Below, in pieces: positions 50,141-60,818 of a DNA stretch of 64,000 bases (the first letter of the stretch is position 1; the number at the start of each line of letters is the position of its first letter). This DNA comes from an uncultured Gemmatimonadales bacterium (GTDB lineage: Bacteria > Gemmatimonadota > Gemmatimonadetes > Longimicrobiales > RSA9): assembly GCA_963708135.1 (NCBI GenBank), contig OY970192.1:3008001-3072000 (forward strand), written 5' to 3'. Under the pieces are notes generated by a model, which was not told where the DNA came from, ran no database searches, and worked only from the letters and a program-made list of their open reading frames with translations. A program made the position numbers and the translations under genes.

Positions 50141-53100
50141 TCAGTCGTCGCCCGGGGCCGGAGCGGGATGAGGCTCCCCGTGCGGCCGGGCGCGGCCGAG
50201 CCGGACGAGCACGCGCTCGCGCCAGTCGTCGAGGATCTCGTAAATGGTGGGGATGACGATCAGGGTAAGCATCGTCGAGGCGATGACGCCGCCGATCACC
50301 GCGCGCCCCAGCGGCGCCCGGAAGTCCGCGCCCTCGCCCGCGCCGAGCGCCACGGGGAGCATGCCGGCAATGAGGGCGAGGGTGGTCATGATGATCGGCC
50401 GCAGCCGGATTCGGCCGGCCTCGATGAGGGCGTCGCGCGTGGTCGCCCCGCCACGCTCGCTCGACCACTTGGCGAAGTCGATGAGCAGGATCGCGTTCTT
50501 CACCACGATGCCCATGAGCAGGATCACGCCGATCAGGCTCATGAGGTTCACGGTGTCGCGCGTGACGATCAGCGCGATCACCACGCCGATCAGCGAGAGC
50601 GGCAGCGAGATCAGGATCGCGATCGGGTCCAGGAAGGAGCCGAACTGCACCACCAGCACGAGGTACATGAGCATGACGGCGATGCCGAGCGCCAGGAAGA
50701 TATCGCGGAAGACCTCCTGCTGGTTCTCGACCTGCCCGCCGTACGAGACGCTGTAGCCCGGCGGCATGGGCACCTGCCGCAGCCGCCCGCTGATCGCCTG
50801 CGTGACCTCCCCCAGCGGCCGGCCCTCCGTGTTCGCGCCCACCGTGACCACCCGCTCGCGCTGGTAGTGATCGATCTGCGCCGGGCCCACGGTGGGCGTG
50901 ATCGTCGCGATCTGCCGCAGCGGGATAGTCTCCGGGCCTCCGGCGACGCCGCCCGCCGCCGCGCCGCCCGCGCCTCCCGCGCCGCCCGCGCCGCCCGCGC
51001 CGCCCGCGCCTGCCGTGCCGCCCGCGCCTGCCGTGCCGCCGCCGCCCACCACGATCGGCAGCTGCGCGATGTCGCCGGCGTTCTCGCGGTAGCGGCGGGC
51101 GAGCCGGACCTCGACGTAGCGGGTCTGCCCGTCGGGATCGACCCAGGTTCCGGCGTTCACGCCGGCGAAGGCGGCGCGCAGGGCCTGCGCGACCTGGGCG
51201 AGGCTGACGTTCATCGTGGAGGCGAGGGCACGGTTCACGTGCACGTCGAACTCCGGCTTCTGCCCCTTGGTGGAGAGGCCAACGTCCACGGCGCCGGGCA
51301 CCTTGCGAACGACCGCGGCGAGCCGCTCGGCGAGGGCGGTGAGGCGGTTCGCGTCGGGTCCCGTGACCTGGAGCTGGACCTGCTTCTGGTTGCCGCCGAA
51401 GCCGCTGGCGTAGGTGTAGGCGGTGACGCCGGCGAGGCTGCGCAGGCGGGCCCGGATGCGGGCGCTGAGGGCGGCCTGGCCGATCGAACGGTCCGCCTTC
51501 GGCACGAGGCGCACGTAGACGTTGCCCTGGTCCCACACGGTGGCGCCGGTCGAGGCGCCGACGGTCGTGTAGGTGTAGGCCACCTGCGGGAAGCCGCGCA
51601 CCAGGCGCGCGACCTCCTCGGCCTTGATGGTGGTGTAGTCCAGGTTGGAGCCGGGCGGCGTCTCGATGGCGATGTTGAGCTCGCTCCGGTCGCTCTGCGG
51701 CACGAACTCGAAGCCGCCGACTACGCGCTGCAGCACGAGCGCGAGGATGAAGGAGCCGACGGCAATGCCGATCATGGCGGCGCGGTGGTCGAGCGCCCAC
51801 GCGATGACACCCTTGTAGCGGTCGGCCTGGTGGTCGAACCAGGCGTTGAAGCGGGCGAGCGTGCGCGCGATCGGGTTGCGGAGCTGGTGCCGCTCGAGCT
51901 GCGGGTCTGCCCAGTAAGCGGACAGCATCGGGTCGAGCGAGAAGGAGACGAACAGCGAGACCAGCACCGCGCACGCGATGGTCAGCGCGAACGGCTTGAA
52001 CCACTGCCCGGCCATCCCCGACATGAACGCGACGGGCACGAAGACGCAGATGATGGAGAAGGTCGTGGCCGCCACGGCGAGGCCGATCTCGTCCGTCCCC
52101 TCGTAGGCCGCGGTGGTGTGGTCCACGCCCATCTCGATGTGGCGCACGATGTTCTCGCGCACGACGATCGCATCGTCGATGAGGATCCCGATGGCCAGCG
52201 AGAGCCCGAGCAGCGACATCGTGTTCAACGTGAAGCCGAACGCCCACACCGCGATGAAGGAGGCCAGCACGCTGACCGGCAGCGCAAGGCCCGTGATGAC
52301 GGTCGAGCGCCACGAGTTCAGGAACATGAAGACGACCAGCACGGTCAGCAGCGCGCCCTCGATCAGCGCGTCCTCCACGTTCCGCACCGACTGGCTCACG
52401 CGCACGCCGGCGTCGCGGACCACCTCGATGGTGGTGCCCACCGGCAGCCGCTTCTCGATCTGCGCGATCCGCACCTTCACGGCATCGCTCACCTCCGTCG
52501 TGCTGTACTCGCGCGCCTTGATGATGTCGAGCCCGATGGCCTCCCGCCCGTTGTAGAGCGCGGAGGAGCGAGGCTCCGCATGCGTCTCCCGCACGTCCGC
52601 CACCTCGCGCAGCCGCACCAGCTGCCCGCCGCGCGTGGCCACCGCGATGTTCAGGAACTCTTCCGGCCTCGACAGCCGCCCCTCCAGCCGGATCGCGCGC
52701 TGCTGCAGCGGCCCGTTCACGCTCCCCACCGGCGCCGCCAGGTTCTGCGTCGCGAGCGCCTGCACCACCTCCTGCACGCTGACACCCGCCGCCTGCAGGC
52801 GCGCCGGCTCCAGCGCCACGTCCATCTCCGCGCTGTCCGCGCCCACCACGTTCACCTGCGCCACGCCCGGGATCGAGCGCAGGTCGCCAGTGATCCCCGG
52901 ATCCGCCAGGGCCGTGAGCTGCGCGGCCGTCAGCGTCTTCGATGTCAGCGTCAGGGAGACGATCGGCATCTGGTTCGGGTCGAAGTGCTGGATGATCGGC
53001 TCCATCGACTCCGCCGGCAGCTGGTTGCGGATCTCGGAGAGCGCGTCGCGTACCTCCTGCGTCGCCTGGTCGATCGGCTTCGAGAACACGAACGTGACCG

Positions 53101-53380
53101 TCACCTGCGCAAAGCCATCCACCGCCGACGAGTTGATCTTGTCCACCCCGCTGATCCCGGCGATCCGGTCCTCCACCCGGTCCACCACCTCCCGCTCCAC
53201 CACGTCCGGCGAGGCGCCCGGATAGGCGATGCCCACGAACACGATCGGCGCCTCGATGTCCGGGAACTCGTCCGTCTGCAGGCTGGCCAGCGCCGCCAGC
53301 CCGAACGCCACCAGCGCGATCATCGTCACGATGGTCACGATCGGGCGCCGGATCGCGAAGTCCGAGATGAGCATCAGCAT
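50141..53380 (-). CDS. RND efflux transporter permease (AcrB/HAE1-like)
   Basis: YPGAS, IDDAIVVRENI, KNAILLIDF and RLRPIIMTT. Confidence 0.92.
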   Translation of the reverse strand: MLMLISDFAIRRPIVTIVTMIALVAFGLAALASLQTDEFPDIEAPIVFVGIAYPGASPDVVEREVVDRVEDRIAGISGVDKINSSAVDGFAQVTVTFVFSKPIDQATQEVRDALSEIRNQLPAESMEPIIQHFDPNQMPIVSLTLTSKTLTAAQLTALADPGITGDLRSIPGVAQVNVVGADSAEMDVALEPARLQAAGVSVQEVVQALATQNLAAPVGSVNGPLQQRAIRLEGRLSRPEEFLNIAVATRGGQLVRLREVADVRETHAEPRSSALYNGREAIGLDIIKAREYSTTEVSDAVKVRIAQIEKRLPVGTTIEVVRDAGVRVSQSVRNVEDALIEGALLTVLVVFMFLNSWRSTVITGLALPVSVLASFIAVWAFGFTLNTMSLLGLSLAIGILIDDAIVVRENIVRHIEMGVDHTTAAYEGTDEIGLAVAATTFSIICVFVPVAFMSGMAGQWFKPFALTIACAVLVSLFVSFSLDPMLSAYWADPQLERHQLRNPIARTLARFNAWFDHQADRYKGVIAWALDHRAAMIGIAVGSFILALVLQRVVGGFEFVPQSDRSELNIAIETPPGSNLDYTTIKAEEVARLVRGFPQVAYTYTTVGASTGATVWDQGNVYVRLVPKADRSIGQAALSARIRARLRSLAGVTAYTYASGFGGNQKQVQLQVTGPDANRLTALAERLAAVVRKVPGAVDVGLSTKGQKPEFDVHVNRALASTMNVSLAQVAQALRAAFAGVNAGTWVDPDGQTRYVEVRLARRYRENAGDIAQLPIVVGGGGTAGAGGTAGAGGAGGAGGAGGAGGAAAGGVAGGPETIPLRQIATITPTVGPAQIDHYQRERVVTVGANTEGRPLGEVTQAISGRLRQVPMPPGYSVSYGGQVENQQEVFRDIFLALGIAVMLMYLVLVVQFGSFLDPIAILISLPLSLIGVVIALIVTRDTVNLMSLIGVILLMGIVVKNAILLIDFAKWSSERGGATTRDALIEAGRIRLRPIIMTTLALIAGMLPVALGAGEGADFRAPLGRAVIGGVIASTMLTLIVIPTIYEILDDWRERVLVRLGRARPHGEPHPAPAPGDD

Positions 53381-53559
53381 GGGCGTTCGTCGCCGCAAAG
53401 CGCGGGCCCCCGGCCGCCTCCTCGACCGCGCTGGACGGGCAGGGGCCAGGGGCACGGGTACGTGGACGGCCAAGATCGGACGGGAGTCCGGCAGCGGCAA
53501 GCCGGGAGCGGGCGAGCTCGCCGGCTGACGCAGGCAGGCGGACGAAAGCCAAACCGGCG

Positions 53560-53900
53560 GATCGGAAGAGTTCTTCGGCGCCGCGGCCTGCAAGTCGCCG
53601 GGAACGGCAGCGGGCATGGCGGCTCGGTAGGAATCGGCGAGTGGAGCTCCCGGCGGCGGACCGGGAGGCAATCTTGATCGGTATCCGGGACGAAAGGCGC
53701 ACCGGTTGGCTCGGCGCGACGGCGCGAGGCCGATGTTGCTCGATTTCCGAGAAAAAGCGGGATCCGGAGCATCAAGGCGGGCTCGGCTTGCCGATTCTGC
53801 TCGGAGGGACAAGCCTCCCGGGCGTTGTTGCCGCCGCCCGGGTCCATGGCGGGAACGACCGGATTCCGGGGGTGCGCCCTGGATTCGGATTCGTCGGAAC
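53560..53900. repeat. intergenic partly palindromic element, related to 33650-34030
   Basis: Direct and inverted block matches to the 33.7-34.0 kb intergenic region. Confidence 0.55.
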
Positions 53901-53932
53901 GGCGGGCGGGGGCGTCAGCGAATGCCGCTCCG

Positions 53933-54445
53933 TCAGCGGACCTCGGCGTCGAGGCGGAGCGTGCGGACGGTGAGCAGGATCTCGGCGAGGAAGGCGACCA
54001 TCCCGACGGTCATGGCGGCGACGGCGGCGGCGAAGAGCGCGCTGGCGAAGCCGGCCAGCACGTGGCCGGCGAGGCTGCCGAGGAAGAGGACGATGATGAG
54101 GAGGGCCACACCGAGGACGCACCCCACGGAGCAGGCGATGGCGACGAGGATGAGGCGGGAGCGGCGGCCGAGCACGCGGAGCTCGGCTGCTGCCTCGGCC
54201 GGAGCGGGCTCGTCGCCGGAGGCCGGGGCGCTTTCGGCTTCGGGGCGGTGGGCGTCCGGGGTGGCGGCACCCGGCGCGGCGCGGCGGTCGGCGAGGGCCC
54301 GCTGCACGACGCGCGCGCGGTCCACGATGCGGCCGAGGCGGTTGGTCAGCACGAGCAGGATGAGGCCCACGCCGGAGACGAGCACGATCGGCGCGACGGA
54401 GAACTGGATCACGCGCGCGAGGTCGAGCCCCGTGGTGTCGGCCAA
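53933..54445 (-). CDS. DUF2721-like membrane protein
   Basis: IQFSVAPIVLVSGVG..TNRLGRIVDRAR; TTG start with GGAGG. Confidence 0.8.
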   Translation of the reverse strand: MADTTGLDLARVIQFSVAPIVLVSGVGLILLVLTNRLGRIVDRARVVQRALADRRAAPGAATPDAHRPEAESAPASGDEPAPAEAAAELRVLGRRSRLILVAIACSVGCVLGVALLIIVLFLGSLAGHVLAGFASALFAAAVAAMTVGMVAFLAEILLTVRTLRLDAEVR

Positions 54446-54481
54446 CGTCGTGCCTCCCGCAGGCCCGCGGCTCGCCGGCGC

Positions 54482-54724
54482 TCAGCCCTCGGGCTCGGCC
54501 TCGAAGCGGCCGGCCACCGGGTCGAGCTCGAGCAGCGCACGGAGTACCCGGCGCACGGCGTGCCACTCGCCGGGCAGGATGTCGAGTGTGCCGTGCAGCA
54601 CCGCGGCGCCGCCCGCGCTCAGGCAGCGCCCCAGGAAGAGACAGCCGCCCGCCAGCATCGTCACGAGCATGCCGAGGGCCGGCAGGGCGAAGACCACGAC
54701 CACCACGATTCCCAGTATGTCCAT
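54482..54724 (-). CDS. small hypothetical membrane protein
   Basis: 80-aa ORF with hydrophobic N-terminus. Confidence 0.4.
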   Translation of the reverse strand: MDILGIVVVVVFALPALGMLVTMLAGGCLFLGRCLSAGGAAVLHGTLDILPGEWHAVRRVLRALLELDPVAGRFEAEPEG

Positions 54725-54832
54725 GAGCAGTATCGCTCCGTTGACGGTTTCCGGAATCCCGCGAGGGGAGGATACCGCCCCGGCCAGCGCCCCGGCGTCG
54801 GGGAGCCCACGCGATGGGTGTGGGGCGCCGCC

Positions 54833-55144
54833 CTACACCGTCTCGTCCGCGCCGGGCGCCGTCGCTCCGCCGCCCTCGTCCGCGCTTTCTTCTCCGTCCA
54901 TGGGCTCCCGCCCGGGCTCCGGCTGGGCCGCATCGCCGGGCGCGGGAGCGGTGCCGGGCGGACGCAGGCGCTCGAGGACCTCGGGAAGGACCGGCTCGAT
55001 GAGCTCGTCGTAGCAGGCGGGGCAGAGATAGAAGTAGCCGGGGTCGGCGGGCAGCTCGAGGAGATGGCCGAAGAAGACCTTCATGAGGGCCGTCATCCGG
55101 CGAGGATCCGTCTCGCCACAGCGCGCGCACGGCTCGAGCGGCAC
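54833..55144 (-). CDS. small zinc-ribbon protein with acidic tail
   Basis: CARC...YLCPACY. Confidence 0.55.
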   Translation of the reverse strand: MPLEPCARCGETDPRRMTALMKVFFGHLLELPADPGYFYLCPACYDELIEPVLPEVLERLRPPGTAPAPGDAAQPEPGREPMDGEESADEGGGATAPGADETV

Positions 55145-55155
55145 GGGACGACCCG

Positions 55156-56427
55156 TCAGTAGAGGATGCGGGTCCGGATCGTCCCGGGCACGCCGCCGAG
55201 CGCGGCAACCATTGCGCGGTCCACCTTCCGCGACACGTCCATTACCAGATAGCCGATGCGGGAGTCGGTCATGAGGTACTGCGCCAGCACGTTGACCTCG
55301 CGCTCGGCGAAGATCTCGTTCACGTGCTGCAGCACGCCCGGCACGTTGCGGTGGAAGTGCAGGATGCGGTGCACGCCGTCGTGGACGGGCAGCTCGACCT
55401 CGGGGAGGTTGACGGCGGAGGTGGTCGAGCCGTTGTTCACGAACTTGACGAGCTTCTCGGAGACCTCGCGTCCGATCGCCTCCTGGGCCTCGAGGGTGGA
55501 GCCGCCGATGTGGGGCGTGAGCAGCGCGCTCGGGATGGACTGGAGCGGCGAGTCGAAGCGCTCCCCCTGCGCCCTCGGCTCGCGCGGGAAGACGTCCACC
55601 GCGGCGCCCGCGAGGTGGCCGGAGCGAAGAGCATCGGCGAGCGCCTCGAGGTCGACCACGTTGCCGCGGCTGTAGTTGATGAGGCAGGCGCCCGGCCTCA
55701 TCCGCGCCAGCCGCTCGCGCGTCACGAGGCCGTGAGTCTGCGGCGTGCCGGGGACGTGCAGCGTCACGACGTCGCTTTGCTCGAGCAGGGCCTCGAGGGT
55801 ACGCATGGGGCGGGCGTTGCCGAGCGCCAGCTTCGCCACGATGTCGTGGTAGAGCACGCGCATCCCGAGCGCCTCGGCCAGCACGGAGACCTGGCTGCCG
55901 ATGTGGCCGTAGCCGACGATGCCCAGCGTTTTCCCGCGCGCCTCCCGCGCCCCCTCCGCGCTCTTCAGCCAGCGCCCCTCGTGCGCGGCGAGGTTCTTCT
56001 CCGGCACACCGCGCAGCAGCGAGATGCAGTGGCTGAGCACCAGCTCGGCCACGGAGCGCGTGTTCGAGAACGGCGCGTTGAAGACGGGCACCGCCGCGGC
56101 CGCGGCGGTCTTCAGGTCGATCTGGTTCGTGCCGATGCAGAAGGCGCCCACGACCAGCAGCCGGTCGGCCGCGGCGAGCGCCCTCTCCGAGAGCTCCGTC
56201 TTCGAGCGGATGCCCAGCACGTGCACGTCCGCCAGCCGCTCCGCCAGCTCCCGCCCCGCGAGCGCGCCCGGCAGCACGGCCACCTGGAAATGCTCCTCGC
56301 GGAACCGCTCAACCGCCGCCGCATGGATTCCCTCCAGCAGCAGCACCCGGATCCGCTCCTTCGGGAACGAGGTCCGCTGCTGCTCCACCGCCGTCCCCCG
56401 CCGCTTCGTTCCCGCCCCTCCAGCCAT
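55156..56427 (-). CDS. serA: D-3-phosphoglycerate dehydrogenase
   Basis: GIRSKT, FCIGTNQ, GYGHIG, TPHIGGST and C-terminal ACT (HRNVPG). Confidence 0.95.
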   Translation of the reverse strand: MAGGAGTKRRGTAVEQQRTSFPKERIRVLLLEGIHAAAVERFREEHFQVAVLPGALAGRELAERLADVHVLGIRSKTELSERALAAADRLLVVGAFCIGTNQIDLKTAAAAAVPVFNAPFSNTRSVAELVLSHCISLLRGVPEKNLAAHEGRWLKSAEGAREARGKTLGIVGYGHIGSQVSVLAEALGMRVLYHDIVAKLALGNARPMRTLEALLEQSDVVTLHVPGTPQTHGLVTRERLARMRPGACLINYSRGNVVDLEALADALRSGHLAGAAVDVFPREPRAQGERFDSPLQSIPSALLTPHIGGSTLEAQEAIGREVSEKLVKFVNNGSTTSAVNLPEVELPVHDGVHRILHFHRNVPGVLQHVNEIFAEREVNVLAQYLMTDSRIGYLVMDVSRKVDRAMVAALGGVPGTIRTRILY

Positions 56428-56637
56428 GGACCGTCCTCCGCGTCTTCGTGTGCGCAGCCGTCCTCCCAACGTATCGCGATTCGAGGTCGGTGGGCAGCCC
56501 CCGGCGGGGAGCCCGGGGAGCGGCGGCGCTGGACCGGGCGCGCCACGGCGGACGGAGGACCAGCGCTGCGGATGACGGATCTTGCGGAGGCGGCCGTGTC
56601 GAACCCAACCCCGACCCCGAGCCGTCCGTTGAACGCC

Positions 56638-58650
56638 TCACTGCGTCGAGATGTCCGGCCGCTTCACCACCGTCAGCGTGATCGTGGACGGGTACTTCTT
56701 CGAGTGGTGGACGGCATTGTGCGCCACGACGCCGTGCGCCTCGTCGTAGTTGTGGCCACCGGTGTTGAGGTTCCGGTCGAAGCGCGGGAAGTTGCTGCTC
56801 GACACCTCGATCCGGATGCGGTGGCCCGGCGCGAAGTAGTTGCTGGTGTTCATCGGGCCGAGGGTCACCGGATAGACCTTGCCGGGCTGCATCCACACCT
56901 GCCTGTCGTAGCCGTCCCGGTAGCGCATGCGCTGGATCGTCTCGTCCAGGTTGTAGGCCGTGCCGTCGGGCGCCACGTCGATCAGCTTGGCGGTGAAATC
57001 GGTGTCCTTTGCGTCCGAGGAGACGAAGAGCTTCACGGTCACCGGACCGGTCACGTCCACGCCCTCCTTGAGCGGATCGGTGGTGTAGACGAGGATGTCC
57101 GGCCGCGCCTCCATCTTCCGCTGGTCGAGCGCGCCGCCCTGCACGGCGTTGCCCGTGCAGCAGACGTTGCCGCCGTGCGAGGGCACCGGGTCCATGGGAT
57201 CGTAGGTGAAGGCGTCCGGGTGGTCCGCGGAGGGCGCGTGAGCGGCGAGGGCGCCGTCGCCTGAAAGGGTGTTGGCCTTGCCGCCGCTCGTGAGGAAGAA
57301 GGTCTGCGGCCGCGCGCCGGCGGGAGGCCAGCTGTCCGCGGAATGCCAGCGGTTCTCGCCCATCGTGTAGTACCGCACGCGTGGCATGGTGTCGAGCACC
57401 GTGTGCTGCTCGCCCTTGAGGAAGCGGTCGAAGAAGCCGTACGTCATGTCGTTGTAGTCGAAGCGGGCGTCGCCGACGCTGCGCTCCCCGACGACGGTGT
57501 TCTCGGTCGCGCGCGTGTAGGAGCAGTGCAGCGTCGGCGCGATGATGAGCCACTGCTCCTTGCCCACCTCCGGGTCGGCCGTCTCGCGCACGTGGTTGTA
57601 CGTGGCCAGGTTCGGGCCGATCGAGACGTCGTACCAGGACGTGAACCACAGCCCGGGCACGTCGATCTTCATCGAGCCGTGGTAGAGGCCGCCGCGCCAC
57701 CAGGCGGAGTCCCCCGGCGTGCGCGCGATCATGTCGCCGCCCGTCGCCACCGGCATCGAGTCCGCGAAGATCCCGTGCGGGCCGTCCACCGCCGCGATGA
57801 TGCTGTCCTCCGGAAGGTGCCGGAGCGCCTCGGACCAGTCCACCGGCGGCAGCTGCTGCGCCATGTCGAACGCCTTGGAGGCCCGGATCAGGTCCTCCTG
57901 CGACGTGTTCGCCGGGAACATCGGCCGCACCTGGTTCTGCTCGCCGTACAGCCACGCGATGAACAGCATCTGCACCGCGCCGCCCCGGTACCAGTTGCCC
58001 TGCTCCCAGTACGGCCCCACCTGCCCCACGCCCGCGCCGAAGCCCTGCGGGTTGATCGCCGCCAGCCCGGGAGGCGACGTCGCCGCGACCCCCATCTGCC
58101 ACTCCGCCGTCGACGAGCAGCCCACGAGCCCCACCTTCCCGTTGGCCCACGGCTGCGTCGACATCCACTTGACGGCGTCGTAGCCGTCCGTGCGCGGCGG
58201 GCCAAGGATGTCGTAGTTGCCCTCGCTGAAGAAGTGCCCGCGCTCGTTCATCTCCACGTAGGCGTAGCCGCGCTTCACCGCCTCGAGCTCCCGGCTCATG
58301 TCGCGCGGCACGCCGTTGCGCACGTCCCAGTAGTTGAAGTTGTACGGCGTGCGCACGAAGATGATCGGCACCGCTCCGGTCGCGTTCTTCGGCCGGTAGA
58401 CGTCCGTCGCCATGCGTTTCCCGTCGCGCATCGGCACCATGACCTTGCGGCCGATCACCGCGACGCTCTCGAGCTCGTGCTCCACCTCCCAGCGGTGCGC
58501 CTTCTGCTCGTCGGTCATGGGACCGCGGCGCTGGGCGGCGAGCGGCCGCGCAGGCGCGAGCGCCGCGCACACCACGGCGAGGGCCGCCGCGGCGAGAGTG
58601 GCCTGGGAGCGTGCGTATCGGCGCATGGCTCGACTCCGGGTTGTGGACAT
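56638..58650 (-). CDS. CocE/NonD family hydrolase, secreted
   Basis: MRDG, RTPY, GCSS nucleophile elbow, SWYD and [10 protein letters not shown]. Confidence 0.88.
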   Translation of the reverse strand: MSTTRSRAMRRYARSQATLAAAALAVVCAALAPARPLAAQRRGPMTDEQKAHRWEVEHELESVAVIGRKVMVPMRDGKRMATDVYRPKNATGAVPIIFVRTPYNFNYWDVRNGVPRDMSRELEAVKRGYAYVEMNERGHFFSEGNYDILGPPRTDGYDAVKWMSTQPWANGKVGLVGCSSTAEWQMGVAATSPPGLAAINPQGFGAGVGQVGPYWEQGNWYRGGAVQMLFIAWLYGEQNQVRPMFPANTSQEDLIRASKAFDMAQQLPPVDWSEALRHLPEDSIIAAVDGPHGIFADSMPVATGGDMIARTPGDSAWWRGGLYHGSMKIDVPGLWFTSWYDVSIGPNLATYNHVRETADPEVGKEQWLIIAPTLHCSYTRATENTVVGERSVGDARFDYNDMTYGFFDRFLKGEQHTVLDTMPRVRYYTMGENRWHSADSWPPAGARPQTFFLTSGGKANTLSGDGALAAHAPSADHPDAFTYDPMDPVPSHGGNVCCTGNAVQGGALDQRKMEARPDILVYTTDPLKEGVDVTGPVTVKLFVSSDAKDTDFTAKLIDVAPDGTAYNLDETIQRMRYRDGYDRQVWMQPGKVYPVTLGPMNTSNYFAPGHRIRIEVSSSNFPRFDRNLNTGGHNYDEAHGVVAHNAVHHSKKYPSTITLTVVKRPDISTQ

Positions 58651-58827
58651 CGCAGGCTGCGGCGTGGGACCTGTCAATATGCGCACGGGCGTGGTGGAAG
58701 TGTCAAGGCTCTGAAGGCGACGGGGCGCGGGGGTGGGGGCGGAGGAGGAGTAGCGCAGGGGCACGGGAGCTGACGGACTGACCGATGTCCGGTCTGGCTA
58801 TGTCGCCGCCCCTCGCCGCAGGTTTCC

Positions 58828-59859
58828 GTGTACGGCATGGACGCGGAAATCGTTGCTCTCGGAAAGGGACTGCTGGGTGTCCGGTTCGCGTTCGACCGCG
58901 CCGCCGTCGCGGCGGTGCGGGCGATCCCGGGCCGCCGCTGGAACCCGACTGAGGGTCGCTGGACCGTCCCCAACACCCCCGAGAGCAGAGCCCGGCTGGC
59001 TGAGATCTTTCCCGAAAGCGACGACGACGGTTCTCTCCGCGCGCGTCTCCTCCAGGAGCTCCGCATCCGCCGCTACAGCCCGCGCACCATCAAGGCGTAT
59101 CGAAGCCACCTGACCGGATTCGCCCGCCATCTCGGCGGGCGGCCCGGCGAGGCGACGTCGGAGGACGTGCGTGCGTACCTCCTCGCCCTGCAGGCCCGAG
59201 GCGTGTCCGCGGCGTACCAGAACCAGGCCGTCAGCGCGCTGCGCTTCTTCTTCATCCACGTGCTCCGGCGGGAGCTCGATCCGGAGGCCGTGCCCAGGCC
59301 AAAGCGCGACCGGAAGCTGCCGGCGGTACTGAGCGGCGAGGAGATCCGCCGGCTCATCGCCGCGATTCGAAATCCGAAACATCGGGCACTGCTGCTCGTC
59401 ACCTATTCCGCGGGTCTCCGCGTCAGTGAAGCGGTACGCCTGAAACTCATGGATCTGGACGAAGACCGACGAATGATTTACGTTCGCGGAGGCAAGGGCA
59501 GAAAAGATCGGCAGACTCTACTGTCCGACCGCGCGCTCACGGCAGTGCGGGAGGCCCGTAAGTCCGCCGGCTCGAGCCAGTGGCTCTTTCCGGGAGCCCG
59601 CCCCGGCCGCCACCTGACCGCCCGCTCGTTCCAGAAGGTGATCGAGCGCGCGCGCGTCCGCGCCGGCATCGAGAAGCGGTTCTCCGTCCACGCCCTGCGC
59701 CACAGCTTTGCGACGCACCTGCTCGAGGCGGGCACGGACCTCCGCTACATCCAGGAGCTGCTCGGCCACTCGAGCACGCGGACGACCGAAATCTACACGC
59801 ACGTGAGCAAGCGCCAGATCGCCCGGATCCGTAGCCCGCTGGACACGTTGGGGGAGTGA
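58828..59859 (+). CDS. tyrosine recombinase, integron-integrase-like but lacking the IntI insertion; N-terminal HARP-like domain
   Basis: SAM-like YSPRTIKAY..QNQAVSAL; catalytic GLRVSE, GKG, HALRH, LGH and IYTH intact; adjacent to the cassette array. Confidence 0.9.
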   Translation: MYGMDAEIVALGKGLLGVRFAFDRAAVAAVRAIPGRRWNPTEGRWTVPNTPESRARLAEIFPESDDDGSLRARLLQELRIRRYSPRTIKAYRSHLTGFARHLGGRPGEATSEDVRAYLLALQARGVSAAYQNQAVSALRFFFIHVLRRELDPEAVPRPKRDRKLPAVLSGEEIRRLIAAIRNPKHRALLLVTYSAGLRVSEAVRLKLMDLDEDRRMIYVRGGKGRKDRQTLLSDRALTAVREARKSAGSSQWLFPGARPGRHLTARSFQKVIERARVRAGIEKRFSVHALRHSFATHLLEAGTDLRYIQELLGHSSTRTTEIYTHVSKRQIARIRSPLDTLGE

Positions 59860-59929
59860 GCTGCGGGTGGAGGGGGCGCTTGCGGACGCCCTCGCCCACG
59901 AATGGGCGCACAACGGCGCCGAGGACGCC

Positions 59930-59987
59930 GCTTACCGAAATTCGCCAAGTACGCGCCATCACGAAATTCGTAAACTGAACGTTATCT
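59930..59987 (+). promoter_or_regulatory. attI-like primary recombination site
   Basis: TAAACTGAAC|GTTA at the first junction; CGAAATTCG direct repeats at 59936 and 59962; no attC hairpin upstream. Confidence 0.6.
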
Positions 59988-60356
59988 GGAATGCGCTGGA
60001 GCGCTGAACAGCAATGATGTGCTCCGCCGCCCCGCCCCGGTTCCAGCGGCTTTGCGTTCGCGGTGCGATCGACGTCCCCGGCCGGGACGGGTCGGACCGA
60101 CAGGAGCTGGTGAGTCGCCGTGCTTGCGCCGGCTGCGGTTCGGCAGCGAGAGAGATTAGGGGCGTCGCCGTCGACTTTCGACCGTTCCAGGGTTGCACGG
60201 CTTCGGCCGGACAGGAGAGGCGCACTCCAGATAACAGAGCGGTGACCGCTGCGCCGCCTGGGCGGCTTGCCCGCCGGGGGAGCGGTGGCGGCGTTTAGCA
60301 ACACAACATGGGCCGGCGGGACACGGCGCTGCGCGCCGCGTCGGTAACCGCGAAAC
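59981..60356 (+). repeat. ORF-less cassette type A, copy 1 (376 bp)
   Basis: Starts GTTATCTGGAATGCGC; inverse core GCGCACTCCAGATAAC at 60220-60235. Confidence 0.85.
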
Positions 60357-60732
60357 GTTATCTGGAATGCGCTGGAGCGCTGAACAGCAATGATGTGCTC
60401 CGCCGCCCCGCCCCGGTTCCAGCGGCTTTGCGTTCGCGGTGCGATCGACGTCCCCGGCCGGGACGGGTCGGACCGACAGGAGCTGGTGAGTCGCCGTGCT
60501 TGCGCCGGCTGCGGTTCGGCAGCGAGAGAGATTAGGGGCGTCGCCGTCGACTTTCGACCGTTCCAGGGTTGCACGGCTTCGGCCGGACAGGAGAGGCGCA
60601 CTCCAGATAACAGAGCGGTGACCGCTGCGCCGCCTGGGCGGCTTGCCCGCCGGGGGAGCGGTGGCGGCGTTTAGCAACACAACATGGGCCGGCGGGACAC
60701 GGCGCTGCGCGCCGCGTCGGTAACCGCGAAAC
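60357..60732 (+). repeat. ORF-less cassette type A, copy 2 (376 bp)
   Basis: Appears identical to copy 1; inverse core at 60596-60611. Confidence 0.85.
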
Positions 60733-60750
60733 GTTAGAAGACATGCCGGG

Positions 60751-60782
60751 TTGACGGGCGGTGGTACTGAGTACTATAGTAC
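60751..60782 (+). promoter_or_regulatory. sigma70-type TA promoter with palindromic operator
   Basis: TTGACG-N18-TATAGT; palindrome GTACTATAGTAC (60771-60782) over the -10; GGAGG follows. Confidence 0.7.
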
Positions 60783-60818
60783 GGAGGACGTTGAAGCCGG
60801 GAGGCTCGTATCGAATTC

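Noticed and set aside
58671..58690. Possible LexA box upstream of the recombinase (CTGTCAATATGCGCAC)
   Set aside because: The right half does not match ACAG, and the LexA motif of this lineage is not known to me
58828..59859. Calling the recombinase intI or xerC/xerD
   Set aside because: It lacks the IntI insertion, and its N-terminus and context do not fit chromosomal Xer; symbol left blank
60014..60298. 94-aa ORF (MMCSAAPP...) and antisense ORFs in the repeat units
   Set aside because: Broken by a 1-nt insertion in A3/A4, not kept in B or C, runs into the attC hairpin, no RBS, no recognisable family
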